From the NCBI GenBank assembly GCA_001938485.1, contig MQRK01241256.1, positions 1-54,497 of the forward strand: a DNA stretch of 54,497 nucleotides, read 5' to 3'. Under the pieces are notes generated by a model, which saw only the letters and a program-made list of their open reading frames with translations, had not been told where the DNA came from and ran no database searches. How positions within the stretch are numbered: the stretch's first letter is position 1; each line of letters begins with the position of its first letter. Source of the DNA: Girardia tigrina (taxonomy: Eukaryota). Below, piece by piece: positions 24,301 to 35,407 of this stretch. A program made the position numbers and the translations under genes.

Positions 24301-27300
24301 TGAGCAGTTGTTTCAGCAGTTTCCTTTGCTCTAAGTCTCATACATGTTTATATTCTTGCAACCTGAATACCTGAGGAATCATTACCAGGATTATGATCAT
24401 TCATTAGTACTAAGAATTCATTATCAGACGTCCAGCTATGTAAAGAGCTTTACAGTGGGTGCTCATGATATGATGGTTTTTTTATTATTAACAAATTAAT
24501 TTTGTTAGGGGGTTCTTTTTGGTGAACTGTAAATTTTTGATATTTTTAAATTAAAAATCATATTTATATATTTGAGATAAATTAAAATAACGTTTTACTA
24601 ATTAAAATGAAATAACATTTTATTAAAAAATTTAGGTATATAGATAATATTTTTACTAATAAAAATGAAATAAGTTTTTATAAAAATTAGGTTTAAAAAA
24701 ATCACAATTAAAATAACTGTTTCGGAGTAAAAGAATATGATAAAGAAGATTTTTTTTTGATATATCTTGTAACACTTTTTAAAATAAAAATCATTATGTT
24801 AATTGAATTTAATTGCCAACGGAAATTCTCATTAAAAAATAATTTATAATTGAATTTTTAAAATTAAAGAAAAATTATTTAGGAATTGAATTTTACAGAT
24901 GTCCATTAAAATATTTTTAAAGATCTAACATTATATTTAAATTAATAAACATTGTAAAAATTAATAAAACAAAAACAAAATAGGATTTATGCAAAACTGA
25001 ATAAACCTGAATATATATATATATATATATATATANNNNNNNNNNNNNNNNNNNNNNNNNNNNNNNNNNNNNNNNNNNNNNNNNNNNNNNNNNNNNNNNN
25101 NNNNNNNNNNNNNNNNNNNNNNNNNNNNNNNNNNNNNNNNNNNNNNNNNNNNNNNNNNNNNNNNNNNNNNNNNNNNNNNNNNNNNNNNNNNNNNNNNNNN
25201 NNNNNNNNNNNNNNNNNNNNNNNNNNNNNNNNNNNNNNNNNNNNNNNNNNNNNNNNNNNNNNNNNNNNNNNNNNNNNNNNNNNNNNNNNNNNNNNNNNNN
25301 NNNNNNNNNNNNNNNNNNNNNNNNNNNNNNNNNNNNNNNNNNNNNNNNNNNNNNNNNNNNNNNNNNNNNNNNNNNNNNNNNNNNNNNNNNNNNNNNNNNN
25401 NNNNNNNNNNNNNNNNNNNNNNNNNNNNNNNNNNNNNNNNNNNNNNNNNNNNNNNNNNNNNNNNNNNNNNNNNNNNNNNNNNNNNNNNNNNNNNNNNNNN
25501 NNNNNNNNNNNNNNNNNNNNNNNNNNNNNNNNNNNNNNNNNNNNNNNNNNNNNNNNNNNNNNNNNNNNNNNNNNNNNNNNNNNNNNNNNNNNNNNNNNNN
25601 NNNNNNNNNNNNNNNNNNNNNNNNNNNNNNNNNNNNNNNNNNNNNNNNNNNNNNNNNNNNNNNNNNNNNNNNNNNNNNNNNNNNNNNNNNNNNNNNNNNN
25701 NNNNNNNNNNNNNNNNNNNNNNNNNNNNNNNNNNNNNNNNNNNNNNNNNNNNNNNNNNNNNNNNNNNNNNNNNNNNNNNNNNNNNNNNNNNNNNNNNNNN
25801 NNNNNNNNNTTACTTATGGCTGCTTGAGTAACATTTAACTGTTTTGCAAGCTCTTTCTCTGTTTGAGTAGAATCTTCCTTCAGTAATGATTCCAAATCTT
25901 CATCTTCGAATCTTTTTGGTTGACCGGAGCGCTCTTTGTTACTTACGTCGAAATCTCCACCTTTGAAACGTTTATACCAGTTCTCGCAAGTCTGTTGAGT
26001 TGGTGCATGTTGACCATAAGTTTCTTCAAGAAGCCGAAAACTGTCTGCAGCTTTTTTCTTTTGATTAAAGCAAAACAGTAGTGCTTCCNGCAAATGCTGT
26101 TTTGTTGGTATGAAAGTTGTCATACTAAAACGTGATTAAAAATATGTTTATGACGCATTTAAGGTCAATGACCTACTTAATTTTAATGCCTCGATTTCAG
26201 CACTTTAAAAATCTGTACGTACGACTGAAAATAATGCTTATTACAAAGGTTACACCATCTCTTAGAAAATCCAAAAACTAAGTTATACACCTAATACATG
26301 GATATTATTATTTATATTTAGAATTTTAAAATCTAGTTTATGTAACTGAAATATTGTTCCTCATAAATTTGATTAAATAATGAAAGTTGTATAAAAATAG
26401 TTTGCGAATAATGACTTTGGATTTTAATCACGAACCCAATAAATTTATTTAAATAATTATCACATTTTAATAAATTTATTAATTTTTTATTTTTTCACAA
26501 AAATCTTATAATAATACCTCCAAATCAATTTAATTTTTGAATGGTCTTCGTAGAAATGATAGTTTCTCAAATCACGTGAATTTGTAGTGATTGACAAACC
26601 TCAATTTGGAAATATTTCCAAAATTTAGTGATAAAATTGTCTTTGTATCTGTTTTGTGGTTCAAATCATACATTGATTTATCTTTAGCTGACAGAACGAA
26701 TCGATATGAAATCTATTAAAAAAAGATTGAAGCAGGGACATTACTCAAAGAATTTAGAAAGTCTTCAACATGACCTTTTGTTACTTTATTCTAGTGGTAT
26801 GAATTGCTTTGATGAAAAATCAGCCTCCTGGAACGAGGCAGCAAAGCTTTATCAGACAGCAGTTGTAAATATTCAAGAAGCTAAAAAAATATTTGCTGAC
26901 TTAAACAATTCAAAGAATAATGAATGTAAAAAGCAAAATATTTCAACAAATGTACACACGAATTTCGATGACAGATACACTTATCTCAATATAATGAATC
27001 CATATAATAATGGAAAAATCAATGACCATGAACGAATCATGACAATTGGTGATCAACTTGGCAAATTAAAGTCTGGAACATCAAATTTATTAGGATATAA
27101 GGAAGATAGACGAAATAAAGTTGCTGTTTTGTCGTACTTAGATTATGGTGCGAATTTTTCGTTCGGTCCATCCTTCGACTCCGGCAATGCATATTGTTCG
27201 AAAGATGCCAGTGATTTATTAATCAGGAGGTATGGGGAAAATAATTCCGAAGATGTTTCTTCTGACGAATTGAATGAAATTATTCCTGAAACTATGTTAG

Positions 27301-27712
27301 GAGATGATTTCAGTTTCTATTTGATGAATGCATTTACTAGAGATATAGTAAAATCCTACAGAAATCAAATATCCGAACAACAATCCTCATCGAGTAATAT
27401 ATTTTTTATATAAATGACATTAACGGCCCACATTTAGTAAAGCAGCACAATGAGAATACATTTAACGAAGTTAATGAAAGTAAAATCAATAAGTCAACAT
27501 TACAAACTTTATTAGATGATAGTTGGAAGGATTTAGCTACGTTAAAATCTTTCAATTATCAAAGATTATCAAATTACCAACTCCACCCTTCCAATGATGA
27601 GCAAAGCTTATCAGAAAAAGTTACTATGAATCTCACAAATTTAATTTTGAAAACAAACCCAGAATCTGTCACCAATGTCAATGTAATTCACAAAGTTCTC
27701 AATTCTGCATGA
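18392..27712 (+). CDS. brd7/9: Bromodomain protein BRD7/BRD9 orthologue; exons 18392-18556, 18604-18950, 26688-27393, 27438-27712 (first exon and start codon unresolved)
   Basis: Phase-compatible GT-AG introns of 47, 7737 and 44 nt; bromodomain YDPAEYFTYPLIDCFAPSSSQ|LTERIDMKSIKKRL; DUF3512-type GYKEDRRNKVAVLSYLDYGANFSFGPSFDS...SKDASDLL; BRD7-like tail LQTLLDDS...QRLS...PSNDEQSLSEKVTMNL...P; AATAAA at 27781. Confidence 0.92.
19110..20482 (-). mobile_element. mariner, cecropia (Hsmar1-like) subfamily, centre in gap
   Basis: TIR TTAGGTTGGTCGAAAAATAATG with TA flanks; IRAIFLYEFKLGRKAAEMARNIN ... FYAGGIKQLVSRGQKCIDANGSYFD. Confidence 0.93.
20485..21613 (+). mobile_element. mariner (mellifera-like), defective
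   Basis: TIRs TTAGGTTGGGGAAAAAGTAATCCATTATTTT with TA flanks; WVPHQ and TGDEKW motifs; stops, frameshifts and a deletion joining FHH to LF. Confidence 0.93.
22088..22555 (+). mobile_element. mariner 5' fragment
   Basis: LLRHYWKIGFNAAAAA...EDQPRSGRP...IVTGNEKW, then truncated. Confidence 0.85.
22554..23224 (+). mobile_element. Possible solo LTR truncating the mariner
   Basis: TGTGT...ACACA ends; no matching TSD. Confidence 0.3.
23390..24470 (-). mobile_element. Degraded MULE/Mutator transposase
   Basis: VYKRTLSNENRTNNYAEVAH...GISHP matches the RTNNxxEGWH...HP MULE motif; upstream RAKETAETTAQLL segment. Confidence 0.7.
25011..25036. repeat. (TA)n microsatellite at gap edge, probable mariner target site
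   Basis: Pure TA run. Confidence 0.9.
25810..26294 (-). mobile_element. mariner, near-identical second copy of 14962-16154 (3' part in gap)
   Basis: Same TIR, leader and MTTFIPTKQHL N-terminus, in inverted orientation; TA at 26295. Confidence 0.95.
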
Positions 27713-27894
27713 TTAAGAACTTTTTGTGACATATTTCTACATTGTTTTTTTTTCAAATGAATATTTTAGATGTTTTTAGAAATAAAAATTAGACCGTCTT
27801 TTATTTTTTTGTCTTATATTTTGATGTGGTACGCGTTATTTACACCGAAAAAAAATTCAACATTCGAAAATTTCTTTCAATTAGTAGGGATCAA

Positions 27895-28578
27895 AGAAAA
27901 TACCAATCATCCATCTGTGTAGGAGAGGCACAATCCGAATCAACATGCAACACGTAAAATATAAAACAACAAACAATTCAAAACATTTCTTACAAGTTTA
28001 TTAAACATTTTTTCCATGACTATAAGTAATGTGCAATGTCAGCTAAATTTCGTTATCAGCTTCAAAATGAATTAAGTATATGAGAGGTTAATTTAAATTT
28101 GGATTTCGCCAAGATTGTTAAGAGAACTCACACATTTGACAGAACATTTATTACATTCACATTTCTTATCATCTTTATGATGATCAATAGTATTGCTTTC
28201 ACTTAGATCCATCACTCAATTTTCAATATCTCCCATCATAATCTGAACTATACTTGAGAAAATTATTTTATTAAAAAATATTTAATTTAAATTTTATTGG
28301 CTTAAATAAAATATTTCTATAGTCATTTTTAAACATTAATTTGATTTTAATTATTTAAAAATTTACAAAAATAAAATCATTAAAATTATTTAAAAGTTGC
28401 AATAATAAAAATTAAAAATTTGAATATTAAATCTAAATTTAAATAAATTAGTTTCAGATAATAAGAATTAAAATATCGATCATCCATCTGATTAGGAGAG
28501 GCACAATCCCAAATCAACATACAACATTTAAACATTCAAGCACTACAAAAAACAATTACACACCCCATATTCCTCACA
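27895..28578 (-). mobile_element. Two tandem CAGATGG-motif LTR copies (heads at 28578 and 27994)
   Basis: Minus-strand starts TGTGAGGAATAT and TGTAAGAAAT, each followed by TGTGCCTCTCCTAnnCAGATGGATGAT. Confidence 0.65.
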
Positions 28579-29851
28579 AGGATAATTTATTATTTTTTTA
28601 ATTTAAAAGTTAAAAAAATATAGATCAGTATTCACTGCGATGAGTGACGTACAGCGCATTTTCTCTTTATCTAAATAGTTTTTTACTGCGAATATTATAT
28701 TATACTGTGAATAGTGTATTATACTGTGATTGGTCTATGAAATGGTTAATATCATAGAGACATTAGTATTTAATGTTTAGCCTGAAAGAAAACTTTGACA
28801 AAAAAACACAAGACTTGATTTATTATTTTTTTTATTTTTCCTTTTCTTTTCACAAATACATTTATTAATAACTAGACATCTAAGACTCTTACAACAAATG
28901 GCTTATGATAGCTGACGTAGCACTCGTAGATGAAGACTGTCCGATATTTTTTCAATCTCCTGAAAACTGTGCGGATTGCTGTTGACGAGACCTATCCAAA
29001 AATATGTAGTTTATGGGGTTTTGAACGCACCCAGTACCCGTAATTTGCCATGATAAACACATACATACATATACGAACATGATGAATACAATAGCGCATT
29101 TTTTTCATATGAGAAAATGCACTAAAAAATAAATAAATACAAAAGTTTAAAATTAAAAGTAAAAATATTTTTGTTAATATGTTTATTAAATATTTTAAAA
29201 TTAAAAACGATATAATAAAGTAAACCATTAAAAAATTAAATACTTACTTAAAAATAAAAAATATGTTTTGTTAATGTTTCAATTAAAATTTATCTTAAAA
29301 TTAAAAATGATATAATTAAGGAAACTGTTGTAAGGAAACTATCTACCACAAACAAGCTAACCGAACCGTAAATGTTTGGTGAACTTGTTTTGTTGTCGAT
29401 ACAAAAATAAAAAACCAATTTTTTAAACGTGATAAAGGCTTTATTCACAACTATAACAGAAAGAAAAAAAAGATTGCTGACTGTTAGATCACAATTAACA
29501 GTAATTGGGTCCGATTGGAGTCAACGATAATTAATATACTTCAATAACAGTTTTTTGAAGGGTAATTCGCCAATTTGAATGAGATTCTTATTGGTCTTGG
29601 TTGTCTGGTATGGATGTACAGAAATTGTTTCGGATTTTGACTTGAAGGCAACTGCAAAACTTGGATTGATGGCTGGACAATAAAAATCCACGAAAAAATG
29701 TTTATTGTTAAAGACTTTTTAATTAATCAATCTTTTTATTGATTTTTTTAATTTTAATTTTAGTCATTTTCGTTAAATATTATTTTTATTTTTTGTATCG
29801 TCTGGTTTAACAGAAACCATTAAAGATTAAATACTTATTTATAAATAAGAA

Positions 29852-30370
29852 TGTGAGGAATATTTTAAATTGTTTGAATGTGTAAATGTATGGATGCTGT
29901 ATGTTGATTTAAGTATGTTGAATTTAGAATGGTGATTCTCCCACCCAGATGGAAATTGGTATTTTTTAATTTAAAGTGATTGGCTATTCGAACATAATTA
30001 AAATAATCATTTTATAAGTTATCTTTAATTTCAGAATTAAAATTAAGTTTAGTAATTTTTAGTAAAATTTAAATTAAATGCATTTTTAATAATTTGATGT
30101 CACTTTTATTATTTTGGGATTTATTGAGAAATGGTAAAAATTAATATTTTTTAATTAATATTTTTTAGAGGTTAAATATTTTAAAAAATAACTTAGAAAA
30201 ATTGTTCGAATAATCATGATTAAAAACAGAAATAAGAAAACCAATTAGAACGATTGCAAACGATGAAAGACCTTCTGAGACTTGTAATGACTCTAAATGT
30301 AATTGCAATAAAGATTCAAACGAGACTTGTTTAAATGTTCTTAATAAAGAATATTTTTAGAGTCATAACA
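29852..30370 (+). mobile_element. Solo LTR, CAGATGG-motif family
   Basis: TGTGAGGAATAT...GTCATAACA; close match to 9791-10310. Confidence 0.75.
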
Positions 30371-30431
30371 ATTGATATACAATTGATATTGTATTTTAAT
30401 AGAAATTATGAAATAATTTAAAATAAATTTT

Positions 30432-31223
30432 GGATCATGTTAAAAGTATGCCCCTAAAATTACACAACTAAAATGTACGCCCCTAAAATTACACAACTAA
30501 AAAGTATGCCCCTGAAATTACACAACTAAAAAATATGCCCCCGTGTAATAAATACAATAAAAACACAATACAAAATTATGAAATTTATTCATCATGAAAG
30601 TAATTTTTCAATAAATTCATCAATTTTTCAAAAGAATCTCCAGAAATGTTGTCTCGCCACATAAACTCATTATGGTAATCCTGCAAAAAATTCTTTTTTG
30701 ACTCCTTTCATTTTCTTGCACAGTGTTTTGTTTTTATTCCAATAAGATTCAACATTTTGTGTGTGAATCCAGGTTCTAGGATCTACAAAACTAATCGAAT
30801 GATTAACTGTGCCATGATCATATCCTAGAGCATTTAAATTGGAATATGTTCTCCATTCATCACTGTGAATAGTTGTACCCGGCAATATTACTTCACAGAT
30901 AAACTGCCGCAACTGCCACACTTCATTGATGATTTCAAAATCCCCTTTGTTTTAAAAAATGCTATTGTGTCTTGTAAATCAGCATTCATTAGTTTTCTTA
31001 TGATTGTTTCATACATAATAGGTGACATGATCCAAAAAATATTTATGAACATTAAAATAAATAAGATGTATTTATAATGAGATATAATTACACAACTTAA
31101 AAGTACGCCCCTAAAATTACACAACTGAAAAGTACGCCCCTAAAATTACACAACTAAAAAGTACGCCCCTAAAATTACACAACTAAAAAATATGCCCCTG
31201 GGGGCATATTTTTAACAAGATCC
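30432..31223 (-). mobile_element. Merlin (IS1016-like) DNA transposon, internally deleted
   Basis: TIRs GGATCWTGTTAAAARTATGCCCC; perfect 8-bp TSD TAAATTTT; ILPGTTIHSDEWRTY...TVNHS...HTQNVESYW; 29-bp tandem repeats. Confidence 0.95.
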
Positions 31224-32128
31224 TAAATTTTTAGTTTTAATGTAAAAATTATTTTATAAATTTAAAATGTTAAAATTTGCTAAATTTTAAAAATTGAATT
31301 GAAAAAAAAATTTAATAGATTAATTTTTGGCGTGATAATTGAATTAACAAGAATTTTATTTAAAAATGGGATTTGTTACAATAAAAAATTTTGCTGGACT
31401 GAATCTGATAATAATGAAAGTGGCATAAACGTTACTTACAAAGTATAAATAAATAAACATCTGTTAATTGTGTTTTTATATCTTTCTTTCTTAGTGAAAA
31501 CATAAAAATTTAGAAGGGGAACTATTAATTTGTTAATAGCGGTGTGCAAACTATTTTGATGTACGACCCCTCATATTATATAAAATATCGTTGCCATCAC
31601 CTGCTACACGGTGGATATTTTTTCAATCATCAACGTTGTTATAGCGTAATAAAACACATAATTTTTATTATTTAACACACTAATAAGCCTTTTTATTGAT
31701 AATGATGTAACAACACGAATGAAAAATAAGCCAAAATTTATTTTCACTGACAAATTAATTCACTTCAAATAACGCGCCACTGACTGTCGAATATTTAAAC
31801 AAAAACGATTAATCACTTTCTCCATCACAAAGGGTACTGTTTTTAAATCATTATCATACTTTTTCAATGTATAGTTGATATCATTTTTATTGCTGCAGGA
31901 AGAATAAACAATTCTCCAATTTTATGTAGTTTAAAATTTATAAATAAATGAAAATATATGGATGTTTTTCAGCACAAATAAGTATTTGAATGTGGGGACC
32001 CTCAAAAAATTTTAAATCTCCCCAGTTGTCGCATCGCTGCCATACTGTATATATAAAAATATATTGTTAAAACATATTAGAAGTTCTAACGAAAATTCAA
32101 TGTAAACCCCGAACACGATTATAACATA

Positions 32129-33717
32129 CAGGGTGACGCAAAATAAACTCCAAGGTACTTTTCTATTGGATCTTTTTATCCACCTACTTTTTATAGGTAA
32201 AGTATACATTTTTAGAATCCTGAGCATCTCCAAATTCTGATGGTATATAATAAAAAATAAAAAAACATCAAAAATTAAAAAAAAAATTTTGAGACGAAAA
32301 ATTTAACAAGCTTTTTTTCCATAAAAGCATAACAACAATTAATTATCGAATTTCAACTTGTCCTCCATCTCTAAGAAAACATTCATGTAAACGTCGTCTG
32401 TAGTCGGCCACAACGCGTTCACGAAGTGCGCAATCTCCACGGATTTCATTGGCAACTCCTTCAATCGCTGCTCTCAACTCTTCGAGTGTGCTTGGACGTT
32501 GTTCGCGATGATAAATTCGACCTTTCATGTAGCCCCACAACCAATAGTCGCATGCTGTAAGATCTGTCGAGCGAGGTGGCCATGTAACTGGAACATTATG
32601 CGCCCGTGTTCTGCGACCTATCCATCGATTTGGAAACTGTTGACCCAACAATTCAAGAAAATCTCCAAGAATGTGTGACAAAGCGCCGTCATGCTGCTCA
32701 ATGATAGAATTGAAATTCGGCCAAGTTTGAAGCTCTGGAATAACGTGCTCTTGATACAATTCAGTCATCCAACAACCATTGATTCCGCGCTCATTTCCTT
32801 GTCACTCCCAAAAGTATGGGCCAACAAAACCTTCGACACCAATTCCCATCCAAACTGTCAATTTTTGAGAATGAAGTCGACGAGCATCAAAGCAAAGAGG
32901 ATTTTCATCGGCCCACATGAAACAGTCTTGACGATTGACGCTTCCATCCATATGAAAGTGGGCTTCATCCGTAAAAAGAAGATTGTTGAGTCTGTTTGCA
33001 TATTCATTCAATCGATCCAATTCTGTTCGAGCAACCTCAATTCGAGCGGCATAGTCGGTCTCCTCCAAGGCATGAGCCATTTGCAAATGATAGAGACGCA
33101 TCTGTAAGTATTCTTTCAAAATTCACTGCAAGCTTCTTTGTGACATACGAACTGTTCCGTGATCGTCTTCTTCGCTGTCAGTGTCGTCAGTTGAAATAAA
33201 TGGATTGCGTCGAGTTGATAGATGAGGATTTGCAGTAAAGGCTTCACGGACGTCTTCAATGGTTTCTGTGGTGCGAACACGTTTTGGCTTGTTCTTTCCG
33301 CGCTTTCCATCGACACTTCCAGTCTCTCGAAAATCGTCAATCCATATTACAATGACTCTTTTTTCCGGAATCTTTGCTCGACCATTTCTTGTTTCACTTC
33401 GGAATCGAGTTTTGAGCTGTGCATAATCATAGGCTTCCTCAACAAGCATCAAAACGAGATGAGCTTTTTGCTGATCCGTATACGTCATTTGAATCAAATT
33501 TTAGGGTAAAACTTTCTAAGTTCATTTAAAAAAACGCTTGTGAAATTTTTCGTCTCAAAATTTTTTTTAATTTTTGATGTTTTTTTTATTTTTTTTATAT
33601 ATTATCAGAGTTTGGCGACGCTCAGGATTCTAAAAATGTATACTTTACCTATAAAAAAATAGGTGGATAAAAAGATCCAATAGAAAAGTACCCCGGAGTT
33701 TATTTTGCGTCACCCTG
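32129..33717 (-). mobile_element. Tc1/mariner-superfamily rosa-like element with ~190-bp TIRs, DD46D, frameshifted
   Basis: TA|CAGGGTGACGC...GCGTCACCCTG|TA; FTDEAHFH, QHDGA, WPPRSTDLTACDYWLWG. Confidence 0.92.
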
Positions 33718-33803
33718 TATAATATAGATATCGAAATAAGTATATTGAGGCAATGTGATTTAAACTATATTATCAATTAAAGGCAACAATAACGGACGAC
33801 AAA

Positions 33804-33807
<4 letters not shown>

Positions 33808-33844
<37 letters not shown>
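33808..33844. repeat. (TA)n microsatellite
   Basis: TA run. Confidence 0.9.
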
Positions 33845-33846
<2 letters not shown>

Positions 33847-33885
33847 GCAAACAAAGACCATTTTTGAATATTAAATTTATTCACA

Positions 33886-33924
33886 ACACATACACGTTTC
33901 ACCATTTCGGCATCTTCAGTGCAA
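33886..33924 (-). ncRNA. Minimal type I hammerhead ribozyme of Penelope-pLTR type
   Basis: TTGCA-CTGAAGA-T-GCC-GAAAT-GGT-GAAAC-GT-GTA-TGTG, followed by AATAAA. Confidence 0.6.
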
Positions 33925-34199
33925 TGAAATAAAGTGATTAATTACTATTTATATAGTTGTAAAACTATTACATCATACATCTCAAAAACGTGCTTTTTTT
34001 ATTTAAAAAAAAAATATTTTAATGTTATTTAAAAAACTTGCACGTTTAAGCATGGTTTATGATGGTTTATTAACAATGCTTCGGCAATAATCCTTTCATA
34101 ATTTGTGTCAAAATTATTTAAAATCACTTTAAAATCTTTATTGTAATCCATAAAATTACCTTTACATCTTTTAATATGGCTCAATATAAAACTCTTTAA

Positions 34200-34430
34200 A
34201 CTATTTAAAAATTACATAATGTCTTTTTATCCAATAAAATTAGGAGAAATTAAAAGTTAATATTAAAAAAAATTCCCATTCATTGTTTTTTTTAGATTTG
34301 AATACATAAACAAAAACTATATCAATCAAAGAAAGATGCTCTCTGAGAATTGTTGTGAAGAATCTGTTTGTGTTGTCAATAAATGTTTACATTCAAATTG
34401 TGATGTTGTTAATAATTTGTATGGTTCCAA
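34200..34430 (+). mobile_element. LTR fragment, inverted match to 11208-11395
   Basis: Direct sequence similarity over ~190 bp. Confidence 0.65.
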
Positions 34431-34561
34431 TTATTGAGTCTCCCCTTGCTCTGCAAAACTTTATTAATGTTTCTTCTTACGTACAGTTCAATGAAGAGTC
34501 AGCATGCAAAGTTTAGTAAGAAACATTCATTACAATGTATAGAGTAGGTAGTGAGTCTAGA

Positions 34562-35143
34562 AGTTATGAACAAAATAATTTAGAGAAATTATTGAAACTA
34601 ATGAAAATTATAGCTATTAAGAACACCAATAAACACACATTTATTTTTTATCACAATTCGAATTGTCTTTTGGAAAATTCTCAGCTAACTTTCAAAATTT
34701 CACGTCTTGCTTAAATTGATAAAATTTTGTTAATGTCTTGTTAATAAACAACTAATCGAATAAATTTTCATTTTAAATGATTTTCAGATTTTATTTTTAA
34801 AGTTCTAATTTTATAATTTTGGTAATAATTTTATCTAAATATTAATTTAATTTAAAAATGATTTTCTTTGATGAAAAAACATTAATTTAATCAATTTAAA
34901 AATTAGTTAAAAATTTAAAAATCAATTTTCAAATTTACTTTATTTAAATTTTTAATATGAAAATTTGAAACGATTTAATATTTTTAAAGTTTTTTTAAAT
35001 GTCTTATGCTGGACTTTAAAATGCAAATTATACTCGAATAATTATTTATCGTGAACATCCAAAATATCGATTTTCCATCTGGATGGGAGAAACACATTTC
35101 CAAATACTAAACTCAACAAACCAAATTTTAAATATTCCTCACA
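34562..35143 (-). mobile_element. Solo LTR, CAGATGG-motif family
   Basis: Minus-strand start TGTGAGGAATATT and motif TGTGTTTCTCCCATCCAGATGGAAAATCGATA; 3' boundary approximate. Confidence 0.65.
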
Positions 35144-35407
35144 ATAGCAACCAGCAAACACTGCACATAGATATATGAAAATTCTACAGAATACAGTAAC
35201 ACGATAAAACAAATGTTTTGATATTGAAATCGATATATTATAGATATAAAAATAAGATACACAAGATAAATTAAAGAATAATATATTTCGAAATTTGAAA
35301 CACATAAGGAAAATATCCTGTGTTGTACTTTAAACATCGTAAAACTAATAATAAAATCAAAGCTACATAAATATAAAAAATTCTTAAAACATAATCAAAG
35401 ATTATTA

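Noticed and set aside
15134-26123. Long ORFs of 228-378 aa spanning N runs
   Set aside because: Their length comes from assembly gaps. Only the mariner frames at the gap edges are meaningful, and intactness cannot be judged.
30442-31199. 29-bp direct repeats as a CRISPR-like array
   Set aside because: The repeats are contiguous without spacers and lie inside a Merlin element with a TSD, in eukaryotic DNA.
34296-34440. Cys-rich pre-SET/AWS-like reading (FEYINKNY...CCEESVCVVNKCLHSNC) and similar readings near 10220, 12600 and 30250
   Set aside because: These are TG-rich LTR sequence; frames and Cys positions are not kept between copies and no SET domain follows.
35060-35110. WW-domain-like peptide (DFPSGWEKHISK; also FPSGWENHNSK in ORF 9766..9996) recurring in several repeats
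   Set aside because: It is the antisense reading of the LTR motif. The Trp codon is TAG in three of seven copies and third codon positions (ccA, caC) are invariant, which indicates DNA-level rather than coding constraint.
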